From a virus (lineage: Duplodnaviria; Caudoviricetes), in IMG/VR virus record IMGVR_UViG_3300042328_000814, positions 1 to 57,637 of that record: a DNA stretch of 57,637 nucleotides. One strand, written 5' to 3'. A program made the translations under genes and the position numbers. Below the pieces are notes generated by a model. It ran no database searches and had not been told where the DNA came from. It saw only the letters and a program-made list of their open reading frames with translations. This document shows, piece by piece, positions 40,801 to 49,014 of the stretch (position 1 is the stretch's first letter; each line of letters begins with the position of its first letter).

Positions 40801-43205
40801 GCATTAAGAGCCTTTAACTCTTTTGATTGATTAGTAATAGAAATAATATAATCACTAGAAATATCATTAAGTTCTTTTAGATTCTTTGACATTCCTGAAG
40901 CGGTATCGGCGTACTCTTTGGCCTCTTTTCTCAATTTGGGGTCATTTAGAGCGCTGAATACTTTTCTTACTACGTCTTCTGTATCACCAAGTCCTAGTGC
41001 ATTAGCTCTTCTAAAAGATGCTGCAGCTGTGGTACTGGCCCCTTTAATATTGGTTGTGAAAGTATCTTTATTAGCAGCAGCAAATTTCTTATCTGTAGCC
41101 ATCCTCCTATCAAATTCTTCCATGATAGGATCCATAGCAATTTTACCGCCACTACCTCCATACCCAAGAGTAAACATATTAGCCATGTCATCAAAGTACG
41201 ATGTTAGTAGTCCAGCATTAGCTTTAAAGTCATTATACTTTTTCATTGCTTCACTTACTGCACCTAATGATTCTGCGAAGCTCATAGCAGACGAAGCATT
41301 TAGCTCAAATATAGTATGAAAGTCACCAGCTACCTTTAAATCTTCACTAATTTTTTTACTTAGATCTAGCTTACTATTTAGAGAAGTCATGCTTTCTTCT
41401 AACTTAGCCGCATGATCTGTAGTTAATCCTAATGCATTAGTTATACCACCTAATATAGGTAGTAATATTGCTGCGGTGGCACCCCAGACAGAAAAAGTAC
41501 CTAATAGCCTTCCTACACTTATAGTTAGTGCACCTAATCCACCACGTAGTCTTAACATACCGGCTTCAAAAGGACTTAAATTAAGTTTAGCAATCTCTTT
41601 ATTTAGATCTGCGAAACCATTGCGAAAGCCTAATAATTCTGTTTTTTCATATACTGCTGATAAAGCTTTTCTTTTATTAGCTACATGCTCTAGTGCCTGC
41701 CCCTCTATTTTTAGACTTTGTAAAGCCTTCTCATGTGCATGCGTAGTAGCATTAGCCGAGGCAGCTTGACCTGCTGAAGTAGATGTCTGCTGTATTAATC
41801 CATTATCCCCTTGTAGGCTTTGTAGTGCAGTACGTTGAGTTTCTAGTTTTTTTAGCTCTTTATCACCACTTTTACCTATTCTAGCTAACTCAGCTTGTTT
41901 TTGTTTTATTTTTTTATCTATGTCTTTTAGAGCACTATCAACAGAAGCTAAAGCTAGGTCTCTATTTTTATTTATGTCTTCGGGTTTGCCCCATAATAAA
42001 GAATTAATATTAGTATTTAAACTATCAAATTGTTTTCCACTTAGTGTTTTCTTTAAACCCTTCTCTAAGTTAGATTGAGTTTCTTTAAGGGCTACTTGTG
42101 ATAATCTTTTTTCTTCATTTTTTGCATCTATCAAAGCTTTTTGCTTTGCCTCAATAGCGGCTATTTGTGACTCTACCGCATCTTGCGCAGCTTTACTAGA
42201 AGCAATCCATGCCTCCCTCATATTACCTATAGCAGGTATAGCTTGCTTAAGTAATAAACCTACTATAGCAATCATACCAAGTAGCAAGGCAGTAGGACTC
42301 TGAGAAAGCATATTCACAAATGGGCCTAATACTGAGTTCATAGTAGTTAGTACACCAGTACTTAGATCTTTAATTGTAGAAAATAGTTTAGAGAAGGGAT
42401 TAGCGGCTTGATCTGCTAGTTCTTTGTACTTATTTATACCTTGAGTAGTTACTGCATTAACGAAAGCTTGTCTACGCTCATAGTCTGTTAGTACTGATAC
42501 AGTTTTACCTAGAGTTTTTGCGTAAGCTTTATTTGCATCATCTACTTTTACCATTAAACCTAATTCATCTAATAGTTCTGGTTCGATCTTAATAGTACCA
42601 CGGAATACGCGTTGTAAGGCATCAGTCATATCGCGACCTAGCGCAATAGAGGCACCTTTGGCAACAGTAGTTAATTCTTTAATCTGAGTAGTTGTTAATC
42701 CCGCAGAACTAGCTAATGAGGCGGAACCTAGGGCGTCAGCCATAGATATAGCTCCGTCGGTTAGATCCTTCATATCTTTAGCTAGGCCATTAATACTTGC
42801 ACCTACTTTTCTAGATAGTATATCTGCTGCTTTTTCCATATTAGTGAAATCAGCGGCTTTTGATAAGGCGTTGAATGCAGCACTTACAGCGTATACGTTA
42901 GCTGCGAATGTAGCATATAAGTGAACTAGGCCACCTAGCCCTTGGGCTTGTCTGCCGAAGTCACGCGCGTCACCCCTACCTTGTGCACCTGCAGTTCCGC
43001 GGCCCAGGCCCTCTGTGGTTGGAGGAATGGCTCCTCCGCCTATACCACCAGACGCAGAAAGGGCAGCCGAAGCCGCCCGTGTTTGCACTTTTCTAGGTTG
43101 TGCGGTACGGTCTAATACATCGTTTAGCTTGCGTGCCTCGCCTGCTACTTGTTTTAAAGTACCATTATCTGTTACTTCTACCGTTACTTTTCTAGTATCA
43201 GCCAT
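37830..43205 (-). CDS. tape measure protein
   Basis: 1791 aa, helical, TM segments; T5 pb2-like N-terminus (YA..AAN.Y, K.EPELLDELG); lambdoid C-terminus (A.GG, GE...EA.VPL). Confidence 0.93.
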   Translation of the reverse strand: MADTRKVTVEVTDNGTLKQVAGEARKLNDVLDRTAQPRKVQTRAASAALSASGGIGGGAIPPTTEGLGRGTAGAQGRGDARDFGRQAQGLGGLVHLYATFAANVYAVSAAFNALSKAADFTNMEKAADILSRKVGASINGLAKDMKDLTDGAISMADALGSASLASSAGLTTTQIKELTTVAKGASIALGRDMTDALQRVFRGTIKIEPELLDELGLMVKVDDANKAYAKTLGKTVSVLTDYERRQAFVNAVTTQGINKYKELADQAANPFSKLFSTIKDLSTGVLTTMNSVLGPFVNMLSQSPTALLLGMIAIVGLLLKQAIPAIGNMREAWIASSKAAQDAVESQIAAIEAKQKALIDAKNEEKRLSQVALKETQSNLEKGLKKTLSGKQFDSLNTNINSLLWGKPEDINKNRDLALASVDSALKDIDKKIKQKQAELARIGKSGDKELKKLETQRTALQSLQGDNGLIQQTSTSAGQAASANATTHAHEKALQSLKIEGQALEHVANKRKALSAVYEKTELLGFRNGFADLNKEIAKLNLSPFEAGMLRLRGGLGALTISVGRLLGTFSVWGATAAILLPILGGITNALGLTTDHAAKLEESMTSLNSKLDLSKKISEDLKVAGDFHTIFELNASSAMSFAESLGAVSEAMKKYNDFKANAGLLTSYFDDMANMFTLGYGGSGGKIAMDPIMEEFDRRMATDKKFAAANKDTFTTNIKGASTTAAASFRRANALGLGDTEDVVRKVFSALNDPKLRKEAKEYADTASGMSKNLKELNDISSDYIISITNQSKELKALNAFSTSSAQAIKLLDKNDLTKSGANIQEFLSGITDQFEEMSGISLPADLELLRTRLNRLQEDVNNNYKTAMELAGSDKDLQKKAEDDRAKSLSQGTSSLLGSYGGIEKVQQDYIGYSLKASKSLADLATAAGRASLAQTSLSAKLKETQFYGSFSKEGEARAIREARKTEEKIANIQIKAEKTNAAAIDAQKSNTEQQLRTALSLASKELFKNSKSNNPSPLGTGSVKDQAIQALSVKELDGSIASQILSLVNSLESLGAASVIATLKIDSIRASLGKARESEARAEFKETDAEADKKFKPEEDKLFEELNNLEKKSQSIALLDSSYLSARVDSEINLIKAKADILQYEKDLAIKIGEYNTLVEQLIKDPTNVSIGEAVVGKARARDEAFKKGEPLRDLPKVIQDEENLRIRKTNLEITEKLSDNLSEQVDLASSYSDYLLSVSTNYSKIAEFNTVSTQTLLEQYSIQERILEAQIAIEKSKVGDIEAEQKIVDLQQQHLAFKLDTHQKLTDLFKKETELSLKIREQSGRASDIFGTEGLQEAITIAMDRIEETTGKSKSVMSQLATGIVDSADIIVDSFTTMIQKMDETKLTFKAFSDMVRNTLSDMFRDMASDAFKNAMKSGIKLLAANFGYDTRTNQEKAASALQITANSSLDQLKLIQQDMRALLQALVPGKIDPIAQQGIDLDKQYNLDWEKANKANDTGVRTSPYPYPTSASIMSRQLDGVSSIGATSAPAGTYDPLVQPVSSTAASAKETNRLLNEIAQKINPGSIPVPDVMQPPAMQDSSIPTLNKTATTNIEKGGTKIDVAADKFNMATTVMHGAVGALVGALATGGSAKGALGGILMGVATSVISGGITGGLTNAFPSIFAKAKGGIVGQMGDIPLHKYARGGIANSPQIAMFGEGRKNEAYVPLPDNRTIPVTLSGGGGASITNGDTIVTVKINNSESGSSSTVDVEQSKKFSVSMAAAVKATVQEELIKQMRPRGLLNA

Positions 43206-43214
43206 ACACAGCCC

Positions 43215-43583
43215 TCATTTCTTTTTCTTACTATTTATTTGTTCGGTTTCCTGACGGTCAAATAGAGTAACTATCTTTAATACAGATACTCTATCTGTTA
43301 TACCAAACAGTTCGAATAAATTTGATATGTTCTCAATAGCTTTTCCAAAATAGTGTCCACTGAAGGAATCATACCTATCAGGTAAATAACAATAAATTGT
43401 CCAAGCCTCTTGAGCTTCGTCAGGTAAGTCTCCTAGCTCAATAGGGATTTCATCCTCTAAAGGTTCGGAGCCTAACTGCTCACACATATCAAAGTACATA
43501 TCCCTAGACATGTTAGCATGTCTATTTTGGGAGAAGTTCTTTATCTTACTAATTAGTTCTTCGAACTGAATTTCTGAAAATTT
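43215..43583 (-). CDS. tail assembly chaperone, frameshift-extended (gpT-like) segment
   Basis: The -1 frame is open from the slippery site through MSRDMYFDMCEQLG... Confidence 0.75.
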   Translation of the reverse strand, partial: KFSEIQFEELISKIKNFSQNRHANMSRDMYFDMCEQLGSEPLEDEIPIELGDLPDEAQEAWTIYCYLPDRYDSFSGHYFGKAIENISNLFELFGITDRVSVLKIVTLFDRQETEQINSKKKK

Positions 43584-43975
43584 GATAGATCACTCGTAAC
43601 ATCGGAGATAAAATTATCAAATTCTGTTGAATTCTTCATAAGTACTAGAGCGTTTTCTTCTGAATACTCTAATTCTTCATTTAAATCTTTAATACTAGAT
43701 AGATCCACCAGCATTAGGTCTTGCAGATACTCATACTTAAGACCAGTCCATCCTTTTACAACGGAGGCTACGTAGTTCTTAGTAAATAGTTCGTCATTTA
43801 GTTCTTCGATAGGTTGACGAGTTTTTCTATCAAATTTTGTAGTAACGCAAGCTTTGCGCAACTTAATTAGTTCTTCTCTTGAAAGGAAAGCGACTTTAAC
43901 TTTGAAACCAATCTTGTCTTGAAAATCAACCTCAACTACTTTAGAAGGGGTCAATAGTGATTGTAGTGAAACCAT
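43553..43975 (-). CDS. tail assembly chaperone (gpG-like)
   Basis: Position between tail tube and TMP; VKGWTGL, YS.ENA..LM.NS..F motifs. Confidence 0.85.
   Translation of the reverse strand: MVSLQSLLTPSKVVEVDFQDKIGFKVKVAFLSREELIKLRKACVTTKFDRKTRQPIEELNDELFTKNYVASVVKGWTGLKYEYLQDLMLVDLSSIKDLNEELEYSEENALVLMKNSTEFDNFISDVTSDLSNFQKFSSKN
43577..43583 (-). promoter_or_regulatory. predicted -1 ribosomal frameshift heptamer A AAT TTT
   Basis: X XXY YYZ in the chaperone frame (TCA AAT TTT); a -1 shift joins the downstream ORF with no stop. Confidence 0.75.
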
Positions 43976-43989
43976 TAAATTATTTCTCC

Positions 43990-44016
43990 AAATAGGAGGG
44001 CATAAAGCCCTCCTCT
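43990..44016 (-). terminator. terminator after the tail tube gene
   Basis: AGGAGGGC-TTTAT-GCCCTCCT-ATTT on the minus strand. Confidence 0.75.
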
Positions 44017-44020
44017 TTTA

Positions 44021-45370
44021 TTATAGGATACCGTAGTAGGAAACTACTAGGTTATTTGTCTTCTCAATATTATAGTCGGTGCCTTGGTAACCTTGAGCAG
44101 TAAATCCAATAGTTGTGGAAACTACGTCTTGAATGTCTACAGTAGGTACTTGTAATTGGCAGCCATCCATCAACATCTCAACTCTAGTTTGGTTAGAAAT
44201 ACCACCAATTTCAATCTGAAGTTTAAACTTAGTTTCAGAAGTAGTAGTAAGACCTGCTAGAATATCGGTTAGTAGCTTTGCTGACTCAAAAGAACCAGTT
44301 TTTAGGTAAGCATTTAAACTTCCAGTAATGGAACGTGTACCTGTGAAGTAACCAATAGAGTTATTAACAACACCCATATTTTCAGGAGTTAGATACTCAA
44401 TATTATTATTAATAGTTAAATTACCACCAGTAATTGGTAAACTATAAGTATTCCCTGCTGTACCACTAATATTACTAACTAAAGTAGTAGTACTTAGTTT
44501 ATTGGTAATGTAATATTTAGCATCATTGGTTGGGAAGGGGGTATAGTTACTACCAGTCCATGTTTGTAAGGTAGCCGGGGAAGTTAGTGTAGTACCAAAT
44601 CCACTCCATGCAATCATTGCAATACCTTGTAAATCAAAAGTGATCTCTGCTTGGTTAACCGCAGCATTTGCAACCTTATAGATTGTATTATCTACTTTGA
44701 AGATAAGAGTAAACTTCTGTAGTTCATTCTTATTTGAACCTAGAGTAGAAGATACTGCTTTACTTGCTTCTTCGTGCCACTGACCGGTAAATATAGATGA
44801 GGATGTAACTGTACCATTAGGTCCTGTTGGGGCTACTGTAGTTTCTAAGTCTACAATTATATCATTACCGCTTTTTCCTACTACTCTGAAGTAACCATTA
44901 CCAGTAGAACTACCTGTTAATCCAGTTGTTCCTGTAATTCTGACCATGTCCCCTAAAGCTACAGTATTTGCTGCCTTAGTTAAGGTCATAGCATAAGAAC
45001 CGTTGACTAGAGCTACTGTACCTCCCGTCCATCCGGTTACTGCTGTGGAACTGATAGATGCACTACCCATTAAAGCATTCCATAAATACTTTTCTGGGGC
45101 TGTTACTACTGCTGCTGGTTTGTATGGTCTAATATATGTACTCATACTCCAATCTACTGGATTTAGTTTACTATTGAAAGCACGTTCACCACGAATTGGA
45201 GCAGTTCCTGCTTCTGATAATGTAATAGTTTGTTGTTCTGTATTCTGACTAAAGCTATAGCCATCTAATACTTGAATTTCGAAAGTATTAGCCGCGGTAT
45301 AGTCACCTAGAACATCAGTAGTAGCTGTGCTGAAGAATACCTTTGTATTTCTACTTAAATTTACTGCCAT
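44021..45370 (-). CDS. major tail tube protein (T5 pb6-like)
   Basis: L.RNT..F.ST, EAG..P.RG...FN..LN...WS.STYI.PY, LW.AL, NQAE, ITGG...INNNI.YLTP motifs recalled from pb6. Confidence 0.92.
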   Translation of the reverse strand: MAVNLSRNTKVFFSTATTDVLGDYTAANTFEIQVLDGYSFSQNTEQQTITLSEAGTAPIRGERAFNSKLNPVDWSMSTYIRPYKPAAVVTAPEKYLWNALMGSASISSTAVTGWTGGTVALVNGSYAMTLTKAANTVALGDMVRITGTTGLTGSSTGNGYFRVVGKSGNDIIVDLETTVAPTGPNGTVTSSSIFTGQWHEEASKAVSSTLGSNKNELQKFTLIFKVDNTIYKVANAAVNQAEITFDLQGIAMIAWSGFGTTLTSPATLQTWTGSNYTPFPTNDAKYYITNKLSTTTLVSNISGTAGNTYSLPITGGNLTINNNIEYLTPENMGVVNNSIGYFTGTRSITGSLNAYLKTGSFESAKLLTDILAGLTTTSETKFKLQIEIGGISNQTRVEMLMDGCQLQVPTVDIQDVVSTTIGFTAQGYQGTDYNIEKTNNLVVSYYGIL

Positions 45371-45424
45371 AAAATTCTCCTATATACGAAATTAATAACG
45401 TAGTCAGTATTTACTAGCATTGTA

Positions 45425-45856
45425 CTAAATTTCGTATCTTATTGATAAATTCATTTCACCAACACCAAATGGTGCTAGTAGTCCTTCATCTGTGGTTATT
45501 GAAGTGATAAGAATCTCTGTTGTACTCTTACCAGTTTCATATTCTAGCAGTTCATTATCTGTAACAACCTGCTCTACATCTTGTAGAAGATCCTCTAGCT
45601 TACTAGTTGGGTCTTCTGAGTTGACATATAATTTAAGGGAGACATTTAAAAATCCCCACTTAAATCCTCCTGGGTGATATTCTCTAGTTTCACTACCCGG
45701 AACTATACATACTGCTGGAAAGTCTGAGAGCTCGTCCCAGAATACCAGTCTAGTAAGTATGTTGCTAGGAAACAGAGTACTTTTAAATGGAGAGGCCCCA
45801 TTTATACTTTTGATCTTTTCAGCTAGTTTTTTAGCTATGGAGCTTCTTGCACTCAT
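45425..45856 (-). CDS. tail terminator (T5 p142-like)
   Basis: RSSIAK.L, G.ETR.Y.P, TDEGLL.P.G.GE. Confidence 0.88.
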   Translation of the reverse strand: MSARSSIAKKLAEKIKSINGASPFKSTLFPSNILTRLVFWDELSDFPAVCIVPGSETREYHPGGFKWGFLNVSLKLYVNSEDPTSKLEDLLQDVEQVVTDNELLEYETGKSTTEILITSITTDEGLLAPFGVGEMNLSIRYEI

Positions 45857-45885
45857 AATTCCTCTCTTTTTATATTAACCCACAC

Positions 45886-45914
45886 ATTATATAATAGTAG
45901 AAAAATAATTTCAA
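45886..45914 (-). promoter_or_regulatory. strong sigma70-type late promoter for tail terminator/tube
   Basis: TTGAAA-N17-TATAAT on the minus strand, then GAGAGGA RBS. Confidence 0.8.
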
Positions 45915-45928
45915 CTATATTTTCCAGT

Positions 45929-47461
45929 CTATACTATTACCGTTCTCATCCTAGACTTAGTTAGTTGTGCTGCTATTTCTCTTACTGACCTATCTATTAA
46001 AGCTACAGGACTCTTATCTATGCTACCTTGGTCACCCCCTGGTTCAAAAGTTGCATAAGGATACTTCATGTAGCTTAAAAAAGCAGTTAGTGCGTTTTGT
46101 CTACTATCAAACTGCACAGAGTTTAATTTAACTGACTCTGCAAATCTACCAGTTTGATAAGTTAGCGCCGGAGGCGCCATATTCTTACGTATTACTTCCT
46201 GAAGCCGTGCGGATAGAAGACCCTGTAGATTTACTACTGACTGGAAAGCTCCTGAAGTTGAGCGAAGTCTACTAGTATTTTTTGCTTTAACTATTAGTGA
46301 AGACTGGTTATTTATTCTATTGGAAGCAGTATTTGTATTTAATTTATGAGATACTTGTTTTGTGACCCTAGATATAGTATTAGTACTTTTAGTATTTTTG
46401 CTGCCTAGTATAGTATCTACTATATGGTCAGTTATTTGTTCTCTGAATGACTTAGAACCGTGTAGATCTATAGTACCTGTATAATCCTTACCTAGTTTTT
46501 TATTATTGCGAATAGTAGAAAATAGAGATTCCATTACTAATCGTTTAAACTCATTAGTAATTCTAGACTCTGAATCTCCACCTTGATTTCTAGGAGAGGA
46601 TTCTATAAATACTGTTACTGCTCCTCTACGCTTTTTTATATCAAATTCTGTTTTTTCTACTGTGAAGTTGTGCTTAACTACAGTTTCTTTTGCTTTTGAT
46701 ATTGCAGCTTTTTGTATGCCAGTAACTAGTTTCTTGATTTCTGCTTCTGTTAGTGTTTTTCCTGGTTTATTTAATTGAGGTATCTGGGCTATGGTATCCC
46801 TTACTAATCTATCTAGTAAATCTTTATTAGAGGCGATTAATTCTATTTTCTTATAAGCAACCGGTATATTATGTCCTACGTCAAAACCTAGATCAAGTTC
46901 CTTGCTATATAGCTTGGCATGTAGGGCCTGTGCTTCTTTACCCCCATTCTTTAAAATAGATAGTATAGTTTTGAATTCTTTTGGTTGGCTAAATATAGCC
47001 TCACCTACTCCGGATAACCTTATAAATTCTTCCTTAATACTATTATTATCTTTTACATAATTAAGTATACTAGTATCTCTATCTAGTAGGTTTATTGAAC
47101 TAATAAAAGATCTAACTTGATCAAATGAATCAAAAGTTAATATATGGCCCTTTTCACCAGTACTACTTATAGTCCTATGAGGTACTCTGCCAGATCTATG
47201 CTTCCTAGTTTTCCTATACGCGGCTAATATTGCGTATACTGCACTTTTATCTTTAGTTGCTAATTTATCTATAGATTGTGGAGCTAAAGACTTTAGTAGC
47301 TCTTCACTTATTACTAGTACATGTACTGTTTTGTTTAAATTAGTTCTTAGATCGGAAGTAGTTGTTCTCTCTTTACTACCAACTACCTTGTTACCTAGCT
47401 CATTAATAGGTATTGCTGCTGTAATCTCATCTAATAATTCACCAAGAGCTTTCTTACTCAT
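45929..47461 (-). CDS. tail completion protein (T5 p143-like C-terminus, long basic N-terminal extension)
   Basis: L.YQTGRFA.S, YM.YPY..FEPG, P..LI..S.REIA; synteny. Confidence 0.72.
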   Translation of the reverse strand: MSKKALGELLDEITAAIPINELGNKVVGSKERTTTSDLRTNLNKTVHVLVISEELLKSLAPQSIDKLATKDKSAVYAILAAYRKTRKHRSGRVPHRTISSTGEKGHILTFDSFDQVRSFISSINLLDRDTSILNYVKDNNSIKEEFIRLSGVGEAIFSQPKEFKTILSILKNGGKEAQALHAKLYSKELDLGFDVGHNIPVAYKKIELIASNKDLLDRLVRDTIAQIPQLNKPGKTLTEAEIKKLVTGIQKAAISKAKETVVKHNFTVEKTEFDIKKRRGAVTVFIESSPRNQGGDSESRITNEFKRLVMESLFSTIRNNKKLGKDYTGTIDLHGSKSFREQITDHIVDTILGSKNTKSTNTISRVTKQVSHKLNTNTASNRINNQSSLIVKAKNTSRLRSTSGAFQSVVNLQGLLSARLQEVIRKNMAPPALTYQTGRFAESVKLNSVQFDSRQNALTAFLSYMKYPYATFEPGGDQGSIDKSPVALIDRSVREIAAQLTKSRMRTVIV

Positions 47462-48030
47462 TATCTAATAACCCTATATAAATCTAGGACACGCTTAATG
47501 TGATGAGGGAAATCAGAACTACGAATGTACTCAATACTAACAGAACCTTGGGTTTTTCTAGGAGATGCTTCACGCTTCATATAGTATTCTAGTAAATCTA
47601 GAGCTGCTATATACAAGTCACCTGGAAGTACTGAGTAACCAGCTCTATATGTAATCTTGAAGTAGTTTGGATAATTAATATCAGCAGCACCAAATATGAC
47701 TAGTCTATCATTTTGTCTATCAATTAGATAATCAGTATACTCTGCTAGTGGTATATATGTTTGACCACTGTCTTCTGAATAAGCAACCTCTTCTACACTA
47801 AGTATAGGAAATTCCTCTGTATATAGATAGTCATCTCCTCCATTATAATATTGTACAATATCTAAAAATTCCTCAGTATCAGCATCATAGCTATCAATGA
47901 AACTTCTAGTACAATAATTTTTAATTAACTGACTAATATAAGGTATTAATAGCTCAATGCGCTCATCTTGATCTGTACTGCTAATATTTGTATAGAGCTT
48001 ATAATCGTCGACTGTAATTAGGTTTCTCAT
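47461..48030 (-). CDS. head completion/head-tail adaptor (T5 p144-like)
   Basis: LIT..DYK.Y, ITY.AGY..LP.DL..A, FP.HIKRVLD.YR. Confidence 0.85.
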   Translation of the reverse strand: MRNLITVDDYKLYTNISSTDQDERIELLIPYISQLIKNYCTRSFIDSYDADTEEFLDIVQYYNGGDDYLYTEEFPILSVEEVAYSEDSGQTYIPLAEYTDYLIDRQNDRLVIFGAADINYPNYFKITYRAGYSVLPGDLYIAALDLLEYYMKREASPRKTQGSVSIEYIRSSDFPHHIKRVLDLYRVIR

Positions 48031-48353
48031 TTATTCACCACCTGGATTTTTACACTTCTATCATCTTCTCTACCTAAAGATGTTACAATAGATACTACTA
48101 CTATGTACTCTTTCCCAACTAAACCACCATCTAACCAGAATAGTACTGAAGTATTACTATCTGATATAGTTGAAGATACTACTACTAACTCAGCTGGTTT
48201 GCTAGATACTACTGTGGCTGATACTATAGTTTCCGAATCTAATACTTGTAAATAATCTGTAGTAGCTCCAGGTCTATTATTTGTTTTTGATGCGAAATCC
48301 ATTAAGTAGTCTAACTTAGCTTCTGGATCTTTCTGAAGTTTTTTTATTGCCAT
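48027..48353 (-). CDS. putative fibre adaptor (small Ig-like protein)
   Basis: KDP...LDY..D, WL.GG..G..Y....TS.GR.D.RS motif common in phage fibre-adaptor proteins. Confidence 0.6.
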   Translation of the reverse strand: MAIKKLQKDPEAKLDYLMDFASKTNNRPGATTDYLQVLDSETIVSATVVSSKPAELVVVSSTISDSNTSVLFWLDGGLVGKEYIVVVSIVTSLGREDDRSVKIQVVNK

Positions 48354-48429
48354 ATGTACTCCTATCTGTGGGTGACCACTATTATCCTACTTAGAGGAAC
48401 TCTTCTGAATGAAACTACTATATATTTCC

Positions 48430-48462
48430 AAGAAGAACCCCAGGATTTACCCCAGGAGTTTT
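48430..48462 (-). terminator. possible terminator hairpin closing the appendage cluster
   Basis: AACTCCTGGG-GTAAA-TCCTGGGGTT-CTTCTT (one mismatch) in an intergenic gap. Confidence 0.5.
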
Positions 48463-48468
48463 TCCACA

Positions 48469-49005
48469 TTATATAGGCCCCCAAGGATTAAGTTCAGTAC
48501 CTATTCCGGTAACTTCTATATTATTAACTTTTTGTATATCTGCATGTATTGGTGTAACTTGTGCAGCAGCTAATACTGCAGCAGCGTTTTCATTAGCAGT
48601 AGGGGCAGGTGTTCCAGTAGTAGATAAAGCCTGAGTCATTTGCGAAACTCTAGACTGTATTATTGTAGTTGCCATGGGCCAAGGTATAAAAAATGGTAGG
48701 TTTGGATCTGTTGGATAAAAATTACCATCTATTACTACTTGTACATTACCTACATCTGGAGGAACTCCTCTCCAACCTAAATCATTTCTAATAAAGACAT
48801 ATGCCCCTAGAAAAGTTCCGCCACCTAAGGAGTCTCCACCAGCCGTGGAAAAGGCTGGTGGATACTTTAAATTATCTCCTTGAATAGTCCAATCTACCCA
48901 CTCAGAGTACAACTCCTGAGCAGTAAACTGGAATACTCCACCTACTACAGCAAGCGGGTCACCTTCAATACTCAAAGTTGGTCCATCAAAGATGAACTTG
49001 CTCAC
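48469..49005 (-). CDS. putative virion structural protein
   Basis: AGGAG RBS; LYSEW.DW, GGD.LGGG motifs. Confidence 0.65.
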   Translation of the reverse strand: MSKFIFDGPTLSIEGDPLAVVGGVFQFTAQELYSEWVDWTIQGDNLKYPPAFSTAGGDSLGGGTFLGAYVFIRNDLGWRGVPPDVGNVQVVIDGNFYPTDPNLPFFIPWPMATTIIQSRVSQMTQALSTTGTPAPTANENAAAVLAAAQVTPIHADIQKVNNIEVTGIGTELNPWGPI

Positions 49006-49014
49006 AATATCTCC

